Assembly: GCA_018664485.1 (NCBI GenBank)
Contig: JABJOE010000009.1
Span: 76,635 to 140,634 of the forward strand
DNA length: 64,000 nucleotides
Origin: Candidatus Uhrbacteria bacterium
Lineage (GTDB): Bacteria; Patescibacteriota; Patescibacteriia; UBA9934
Reading direction: 5' to 3'
Under the pieces are notes generated by a model, which worked only from the letters and a program-made list of their open reading frames with translations, searched no databases and had not been told where the DNA came from. The translations under genes were made by a program, and so were the position numbers. This document shows, piece by piece, positions 57,734-64,000 of the stretch. Numbering within the stretch: the stretch's first letter is position 1; every line of letters begins with the position of its first letter.

Positions 57734-58054
57734 CTATCGATTAACTGCAACGGCTGAATCTCCTCCCACCACATATTTAACTTCTTCCATCTCTACCAAT
57801 CCTAGCATCTGCATTCGTGTCGTTACGCTATCCACACTTTGCAATCGAGAAACTGTAAGCTTGAGCCGTTCGTTATCATGCTCCAGCGCAGAAATTCCAC
57901 GATCCAAATCGCGCATAGCGTATCCGGACGTTGCAGCTACATTAACTTGCCAAATATAGGAGAATCCAAGTACGACCGTCGTAATCAACAACGCGCGCAT
58001 CATCCAATTCCCTTGGCTAGTTAGATTCTTCAGTTTTGTGATGGGATTCATCAT
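57734..58054 (-). CDS. FtsL-like cell division protein
   Basis: TM helix plus coiled coil, directly after rsmH. Confidence 0.65.
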   Translation of the reverse strand: MMNPITKLKNLTSQGNWMMRALLITTVVLGFSYIWQVNVAATSGYAMRDLDRGISALEHDNERLKLTVSRLQSVDSVTTRMQMLGLVEMEEVKYVVGGDSAVAVNR

Positions 58055-58919
58055 ATTCCTCCAAATTTCTTTCTGCAATACGTAATTTAGCGCTGCGTGC
58101 ACGTGGGTTCTGTAAAACTTCGTCGTGTGAAGCGCGAATCACGTGTTTGTTTATAGGGTCAAGATACGCAGACCCTTTAATGAATCGCTTAACTATACGA
58201 TCTTCCAACGAATGGAATGTAAGTACTGCTAGTCGGCCACCGGGAACAAGTGCCTCTTCAATCGCATCTAGTCCTCGTACCAATTCACCGAACTCATCGT
58301 TAACTACAATGCGTAAGGCTTGGAAAACGCGCGTTGCCGGATGCATCCTGCCACGACGACGAACAGTTTGAGCAATAAAGTCAGCCAACTGTGTCGTACG
58401 TTCAAATCTCTCACGCTTTCTCTGCTTTGTGATGGCGTCGGCAATTTGTGCCGCCATTGGCTCTTCTCCCAATTGACGAAACAATGCTGCTAACTCATCT
58501 TTTGTCCAACTGTTTATCACTCCGTCTGCCGTCATCTCCTGTCGAGTGTCGTAACGCATGTCGAGTGGTCCATCTTTTTGGAATGAGAAACCACGAGTCG
58601 CATCATCGACATGTACGGACGAATACCCAAGGTCATACACTGCTGCATCAATGGAATCCAATTCATATTCTCCTAAGTTTGCATATGAGTCGTGAATAAA
58701 CTTGATACGCTTTGCGTCACTCTTCAAATTCCTTTGTGCCAGATCCAAGTTACGAACATCACGATCAAACGCGATAAGTTCACCATCTGGAGCATTGGCA
58801 GCAAGAAGCAAGCGGGCATGACCACCTAATCCGACAGTTGCGTCTAAAACGCGCATGCCGGGTTTGATATTCAACCCTTCAATTACTTCACCTGCAAGAA
58901 CTGGTATATGTTCCGCCAT
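58017..58919 (-). CDS. rsmH: 16S rRNA m4C1402 methyltransferase
   Basis: HIPVL, DATVGLGGH, DLGYSS, PLDMR, FHSLEDR, NPRARSAKLR. Confidence 0.97.
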   Translation of the reverse strand: MAEHIPVLAGEVIEGLNIKPGMRVLDATVGLGGHARLLLAANAPDGELIAFDRDVRNLDLAQRNLKSDAKRIKFIHDSYANLGEYELDSIDAAVYDLGYSSVHVDDATRGFSFQKDGPLDMRYDTRQEMTADGVINSWTKDELAALFRQLGEEPMAAQIADAITKQRKRERFERTTQLADFIAQTVRRRGRMHPATRVFQALRIVVNDEFGELVRGLDAIEEALVPGGRLAVLTFHSLEDRIVKRFIKGSAYLDPINKHVIRASHDEVLQNPRARSAKLRIAERNLEEYDESHHKTEESN

Positions 58920-58939
58920 AACTCTGAGAGATATTTAGA

Positions 58940-59374
58940 CTATAATCCCATCTCTCCTAACTCCTCAGCAATGTCGACCGCATCTTTTTCTGTCTGCGTT
59001 CGATATGCCTCCCATTTATCTTTGTCCCACACTTCAAGTCGTGAATGGACACCGACAATAACTACGCCCTTTTTCAAGGATGCGTAATCGCGTAAATACT
59101 CAGGGATTACGAATCGTCCCTGCTTGTCCAATCGCACATCCATAGCGCCCGCAAGCATGAGTCGGGCGAAGGCGCGTGATCGAGCTTGCCCCAAGGGTAA
59201 ACTAGCAATCTTGTCAGATAGTTTCCCCCACTCCTCCAAGGGCAGCAGGAACAACGAAGAATCCAGACCTCGCGTGACAACCGCCCCCTTCGCAAGATCT
59301 GAACGAAATTTCGTCGGAACGGCGAGCCGTCCTTTTTCGTCGATTGAGTGATTATATTCCCCTATGAAATGCAT
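58940..59374 (-). CDS. mraZ: Transcriptional regulator MraZ
   Basis: GEYNHSIDEKGRLAVP.KFR, DKQGRFVIP. Confidence 0.97.
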   Translation of the reverse strand: MHFIGEYNHSIDEKGRLAVPTKFRSDLAKGAVVTRGLDSSLFLLPLEEWGKLSDKIASLPLGQARSRAFARLMLAGAMDVRLDKQGRFVIPEYLRDYASLKKGVVIVGVHSRLEVWDKDKWEAYRTQTEKDAVDIAEELGEMGL

Positions 59375-59612
59375 AGGCATAGAAAGAGCACGGCGGTTTG
59401 TCCCCGATCACAATCCATTTAGAACTCTGATAGATGATTCTAAGCGGTTTATGATAAGGGGAAGATTCCTGAAACGGCTTTCACATTTGGATCACTTTAC
59501 TGATCTCAAATCTGTAAGCCGCTACCGCGCGCTCTTTTTTTATTTAAGAAAAAAAGCCGAAGATAGCTGAATGAGCTTTGAAATATCTCAACGAGACAAA
59601 TCTTTTCTCATT

Positions 59613-59650
59613 CCCCACTTCGTGCCAGTACTACTCCACTCTAACCCACT
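59613..59650 (-). promoter_or_regulatory. MraZ operator (GTGG repeats at ~10 bp spacing)
   Basis: Minus strand GTGGG, GTGGA, CTGGC, GTGGG spaced 10-11 bp, downstream of a TTGACT -35 at 59661-59666. Confidence 0.7.
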
Positions 59651-59810
59651 ACTCACCTAGAGTCAACCAAAGTTATCCACCGAGCTGAGCTCGGTTTAAA
59701 CCTGGTTTTATATTTTTCATGTAAGAAAATTCGGATAAAATAAAAAAACCTGTATGATTTATACAGATACGCTACTCTTGTGTGTCATAAACCCCCGACC
59801 TGGAGTCGGC

Positions 59811-59951
59811 ATGGGAGAGAGAAGAAAACCACAACCACCAAACATGCTCTTTGGTCTCGTCTGCCTGTTCATAGCCCTCACATTGTGGGTCGTGATCAAC
59901 AGCGATTCACTTGAACCACTAGACAGCATCGTCGCACTCGCCGCCAGATAG
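59811..59951 (+). CDS. 46-aa single-TM small protein
   Basis: MGERRKPQPPNMLFGLVCLFIALTLWVVINSDSLEPLDSIVALAAR; GGAG SD within a CCGAC/GTCGG hairpin. Confidence 0.55.
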   Translation: MGERRKPQPPNMLFGLVCLFIALTLWVVINSDSLEPLDSIVALAAR

Positions 59952-59984
59952 CTACCGAAGACTCCGCAGAGTCACCCGTTCGCC

Positions 59985-60020
59985 GCCGCGCCCTCACTCG
60001 AGAGGCGCGGTACATTGCTT
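59985..60020 (+). terminator. Terminator shared with next cassette
   Basis: CCGCGCCCTC-ACTC-GAGAGGCGCGG-TACATTGCTTT. Confidence 0.7.
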
Positions 60021-60123
60021 TAAAAAAATTACATTACTATTTTTATACAAGATCCGGGGGCACGGCAAACCCTTGACAAATGCGTAGAATTCGTGTACTT
60101 TGGCACGTCACCCCAGGAGACAG

Positions 60124-60264
60124 ATGGTCAAACAAAACCTTAACCTGATCGGCCTCATGATAGCTGGAGCCGTTCTTGCCCTTGCACTGTTTGCAGACGA
60201 TGGACAAATCACTCTTCTCAACGCTGACGTCCGTAAAGCTCGCAGTCGATTCAATCAACGGTAA
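60124..60264 (+). CDS. 46-aa single-TM small protein (not in ORF track)
   Basis: MVKQNLNLIGLMIAGAVLALALFADDGQITLLNADVRKARSRFNQR; AGGAG SD; TTGACA-17-TACTTT at 60073-60101. Confidence 0.6.
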   Translation: MVKQNLNLIGLMIAGAVLALALFADDGQITLLNADVRKARSRFNQR

Positions 60265-60279
60265 ACGCTCCGTTGTCTG

Positions 60280-60317
60280 CCGCGCCCTCGTAACTCGAGT
60301 GGCGCGGTAACTGTTTT
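60280..60317 (+). terminator. Terminator shared with previous cassette
   Basis: CCGCGCCCTCG-TAACT-CGAGTGGCGCGG-TAACTGTTTT. Confidence 0.7.
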
Positions 60318-60343
60318 ATATAATCAGAAAAAACAAAACCACC

Positions 60344-61663
60344 CTATTTTTTTCGGCGTTTTATTCCAGATGCTTTTGTTCGCAACGTACGATGATACTT
60401 AACTGCAAAACGATGGGCTTCATCTCGTGCTTTTTGAAAAATCTCCTTCCCTGCAGCAGCGACACGAGCCAACTCTAAATCACTCCTGTCAAAAACTAAA
60501 CGATCCTGTTTACGATCAAAACCTTTTGCAATACCGATCACCGGAACATGTACATCAAACTCCTCCATCACCTCACGTACTCGATTCACTTGCCCCAATC
60601 CCCCGTCAATAACCATAACCTCAGGCAATGCCCATGCATGTTCGTATTGCTTGGCGCGCTTCAACCGTCTTCGCATCACCTCCTCCATGCACCCTACATC
60701 ATCTGACCCTTCAACAGTTTTTATCTTAAATTTTCGGTACTGATCTTTTGCAGGCTGTCCTTCCATAAATACAACCATCGAACCTACTGCTGACGTTCCA
60801 GAAATATTACTAATGTCGTACGCCTCAATACGACCATTCAAATCAAACACAAAATCGTATACCTTCTTGTACGGCAATGTAACATCCTCTTTTGTGATAA
60901 GCGCTACGTCTTGGATATGTTCAAGTGAGAAAATTTGCCGTCGCAGCACAGCGGCCTCTTCAAACTCTTCGTCCTTAGCACGAGCCTTCATTTCTTTTTT
61001 TAATCGACGAATCAAAACCTCTTTCTTACCATCAAAAAATAACATCAATCTTCGAATCGTCTTTTTATATTCTGTCTTGCTGATCGCCTCAGTACATACT
61101 CCCGGACACTTCTTGATATGTGCATCAAAACAAGGACGCTTTCGCCCAGGCTGACAAATACTCCAGGGAATACTTCCACGAATCAACTCCAACGACTTCT
61201 TCAAAGAACGTGAGCTTGTAAAAGGTCCGTATACAGCTAAAAATTTCTTCTTCGTTTTTGCAGACAAAGTTTTATCAAATGGATTAATCCCCAATCGCTC
61301 AATCTCCTGCCCTCGCATTAAAAGCGGACGCGGATAATCTTCATTCGTGATAACGAGGTACATGAACGTCTTATCGTCCTTCAACAAAACATTGTAATAC
61401 GGGTTGTAAGCTTTTATCTGGTTAGCCTCGAGTACCAAAGCTTCAATGACCGTCGGTGTAATAATAAAATCAATTCGCGCAATCCTTGAAACAAGTTGCG
61501 CTATTCGATTATCATGAGCCTTTGTAAAATATGACCCCACCCGCTTCTTTAGCGATGTCGCCTTACCTATATACAGAAGCTCATCGTCCGCACCATAATA
61601 AAAGTACACCCCTGGTAAATCCGGGAGCTGCCCTTCTTTAATTTTTATATTCTCTGGTATCAT
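60344..61663 (-). CDS. uvrC: Excinuclease ABC subunit C, short form without C-terminal HhH
   Basis: GIY-YIG PGVY..YIGKA, IEAYDISN, IDGG.GQ, RDEAHRFA. Confidence 0.93.
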   Translation of the reverse strand: MIPENIKIKEGQLPDLPGVYFYYGADDELLYIGKATSLKKRVGSYFTKAHDNRIAQLVSRIARIDFIITPTVIEALVLEANQIKAYNPYYNVLLKDDKTFMYLVITNEDYPRPLLMRGQEIERLGINPFDKTLSAKTKKKFLAVYGPFTSSRSLKKSLELIRGSIPWSICQPGRKRPCFDAHIKKCPGVCTEAISKTEYKKTIRRLMLFFDGKKEVLIRRLKKEMKARAKDEEFEEAAVLRRQIFSLEHIQDVALITKEDVTLPYKKVYDFVFDLNGRIEAYDISNISGTSAVGSMVVFMEGQPAKDQYRKFKIKTVEGSDDVGCMEEVMRRRLKRAKQYEHAWALPEVMVIDGGLGQVNRVREVMEEFDVHVPVIGIAKGFDRKQDRLVFDRSDLELARVAAAGKEIFQKARDEAHRFAVKYHRTLRTKASGIKRRKK

Positions 61664-61665
61664 CC

Positions 61666-64000
61666 CTACTTCAAATATGGAGCCAGGTATTTTCCGGTGT
61701 AACTGAGTGTGCTACGTCGCGCCACGTCTTCAGGTGTTCCCTCGGCAATAATTGTTCCACCCTCATCTCCACCTTCCGGTCCAAGGTCGATAATCCAGTC
61801 GGCTGTTTTTATTACATCCAAGTTATGTTCAATTACCAATACTGAATTACCTTTATCAACTAACTTGTGAAGAATCTCCATCAACTTTCCAATATCTTCA
61901 AAGTGCAGTCCGGTTGTCGGCTCATCAAGAATATAAAGTGTACGACCAGTTTGTCGTTTCGCAAGCTCGGACGCCAGCTTCACGCGCTGCGCCTCTCCAC
62001 CAGACAATGTAGTTGCTGACTGACCAAGTTTTAGATAACCCAGTCCAACTTCGTTTAAAGTTTTAAGCTTCACAAAAACCTGAGGAACATCTTTAAAGAA
62101 GTCTTTCGCCTCTTCAATCGTTAAAGCTAGAACATCCCAAATAGTTTTTTCGTTCCACTTCACTTCCAGCGTCTCTCGGTTGAACCGCTTACCCTGGCAG
62201 ACATCGCATTCCACATATACAGTTGGTAAAAAGTGCATCTCAATCGCTATCTCCCCATGCCCCTCACAGTTCTCACAACGGCCACCAGGAACGTTAAAGC
62301 TAAATCGCCCTGGTTTATATCCACGGAATCTAGCCTCTTCAGTTGCGGTGAACAGCTCTCGAATAGGACCCCAAGCACCTGTGTATGTAGCCGGGTTTGA
62401 TCGAGATGTACGACCAATTGCAGACTGATCCATCAAGATCATCTTGTCGATGTACTCAATGCCCATGATCGCTTTATGCTTCCCTGGTTTAGTTTTTCGT
62501 TTATTCAACCGTTTTGCAATCGTCTTGAAGAGAATGTCATGGATCAATGTTGACTTACCAGACCCCGAGACACCAGTAACACATACAAATCGCCGAAGAG
62601 GAATCTCAACGTCAATATTTTTTAAGTTATGTTCTTTTGCACCAACGATCTTTAACCGATCCCGTCCGATCTTACGACGCTCCTTCGGAACCTCAATCTT
62701 CATATCACCTCGCAAGTACGCGGCAGTCTTTGATTTCTTATTCTGAAAAATCTCAGGCACAGCTCCCGCACAAACAATTTCTCCACCATACGCACCTGCG
62801 TCAGGGCCAATCTCAACCATCATGTCGCTCGCACGAATAGTATCTTCATCATGCTCAACAACGATAATCGTATTTCCCAAATCACGTAGCTCATGGAGTG
62901 TATTGATCAACTTTTCATTGTCTCGTTGATGCAGTCCAATAGTCGGCTCGTCCAACACATACAAAGCTCCAACTAATCGTGACCCAATCTGTGACGCCAA
63001 ACGAATTCGCTGCGCCTCTCCACCAGACAATGTCCCAGCACGACGATCCAATGTCAGATAATGCAAACCAACATCCAGCATGAATGTTAGACGATTTTCA
63101 ACCTCTTTTAATGCCATGCTAGCAATCTCCAACTGCCGCTCGGACAAAGTAACACTCTGGATAAACTCCGTAGCCTTTTTTACAGAGCCGCCAACGAACT
63201 CCGCAATATTCATCCCGCCAATCTTTACGCTTAACGACTCTTTTCGAAGTCGATCTCCATCACAAACCTTACAAACCTCATCTGAAAACAACTCAACAGT
63301 TCCGATTCCGTCACAACCCTGACAAGCACCATAAGGTGAGTTAAATGAGAATAGTCGCGGCTCGATTTCTGGGAAAGCAAAACCACAATCAACACAACTA
63401 AACTTTGTAGAAAAAATCTGCTCTGTCTTATCTGGGAACACAACGAGAGCTGAGTCCTTTCCATAATCCACTGCCGACTCCAACGCCTCACTCAAACGCT
63501 GACGATCATCTTTCTTCACTCGACCTTCAAACATCGCGTATGAAAGTTGGTCAATTACGACCTCAATCGTATGTTTTTTATATCGTGACAATTCGATCTT
63601 CTTTGAAAGGTCATGCATCTTCCCGTCAATCCGGACTCGAGCAAAACCACTATTATAAAGATCGTACAAAAGCTGATAGTACTCACCTTTGCGCCCACGA
63701 ATAACAGGAGCCATAATAGCAACAACCCCCTTCTTAGGCTTATCGGCTCGCACTCGAGATATCACACCATCGACCATTTCATCAATGGTTAACTTGGCAA
63801 TTGATTTTCCGCATGTCGGACAGAACGCCTCTCCTATACGCGCGTATAACACACGCAGATAGTCATAAATCTCCGTCACCGTTGCAACCGTTGATCGCGG
63901 ATTCCGTGAATGAGCCTTCTGATCAATCGAAATAGCCGGCGACAGTCCCTCAATTTCATCAACATCCGGCTTTTGCATCTGACCCAAGAACTGACGTGCA
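61666..64000 (-). CDS. uvrA: Excinuclease ABC subunit A (5' end outside window)
   Basis: GLSPAISIDQK, LSGGEAQR twice, GVSGSGKS, zinc-finger Cys motifs. Confidence 0.97.
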   Translation of the reverse strand, partial: ARQFLGQMQKPDVDEIEGLSPAISIDQKAHSRNPRSTVATVTEIYDYLRVLYARIGEAFCPTCGKSIAKLTIDEMVDGVISRVRADKPKKGVVAIMAPVIRGRKGEYYQLLYDLYNSGFARVRIDGKMHDLSKKIELSRYKKHTIEVVIDQLSYAMFEGRVKKDDRQRLSEALESAVDYGKDSALVVFPDKTEQIFSTKFSCVDCGFAFPEIEPRLFSFNSPYGACQGCDGIGTVELFSDEVCKVCDGDRLRKESLSVKIGGMNIAEFVGGSVKKATEFIQSVTLSERQLEIASMALKEVENRLTFMLDVGLHYLTLDRRAGTLSGGEAQRIRLASQIGSRLVGALYVLDEPTIGLHQRDNEKLINTLHELRDLGNTIIVVEHDEDTIRASDMMVEIGPDAGAYGGEIVCAGAVPEIFQNKKSKTAAYLRGDMKIEVPKERRKIGRDRLKIVGAKEHNLKNIDVEIPLRRFVCVTGVSGSGKSTLIHDILFKTIAKRLNKRKTKPGKHKAIMGIEYIDKMILMDQSAIGRTSRSNPATYTGAWGPIRELFTATEEARFRGYKPGRFSFNVPGGRCENCEGHGEIAIEMHFLPTVYVECDVCQGKRFNRETLEVKWNEKTIWDVLALTIEEAKDFFKDVPQVFVKLKTLNEVGLGYLKLGQSATTLSGGEAQRVKLASELAKRQTGRTLYILDEPTTGLHFEDIGKLMEILHKLVDKGNSVLVIEHNLDVIKTADWIIDLGPEGGDEGGTIIAEGTPEDVARRSTLSYTGKYLAPYLK

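Noticed and set aside
59673-59681. DnaA box / oriC upstream of mraZ
   Set aside because: A single mismatched box (TTATCCACC) with no box cluster and no dnaA nearby.

Overview
64 kb of a small bacterial chromosome. The gene set and style suggest Patescibacteria/CPR (inference only): short AlaS, orphan-rich, class II RNR, housekeeping starts without Shine-Dalgarno (SD) sites. The mostly minus-strand backbone carries the infA-rpmJ-rpsM-rpsK-rpsD-rpoA cluster, alaS, murJ, corA, rlmD-like, era, dusB, rimK-like, murF-ftsI, cobO, nrdJ (NrdR boxes), a two-component cluster, mltG, nth, gpmI, mraZ-rsmH-ftsL and uvrA-uvrC. I found no rRNA, tRNA, CRISPR, integrase, transposase or RT. The most striking signal is a set of self-contained orphan expression cassettes with a near-consensus sigma70 promoter, a structured covarying RNA-like leader, usually a GGAG SD and a GC-rich terminator. 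They include a four-gene array at 4.1-6.4 kb with a repeated ~100 nt element before every start codon, twin cassettes at 29.4-30.6 kb with shared ends but unrelated middles, a second leader family at 56.5/57.3 kb, and twin 46-aa membrane peptides at 59.8-60.3 kb. Many housekeeping genes instead look leaderless or SD-less. Also present: a family of 120-160 bp hairpins at stop codons, and inverted heptamer arrays with and without a four-helix-bundle gene. All structures were folded by eye.
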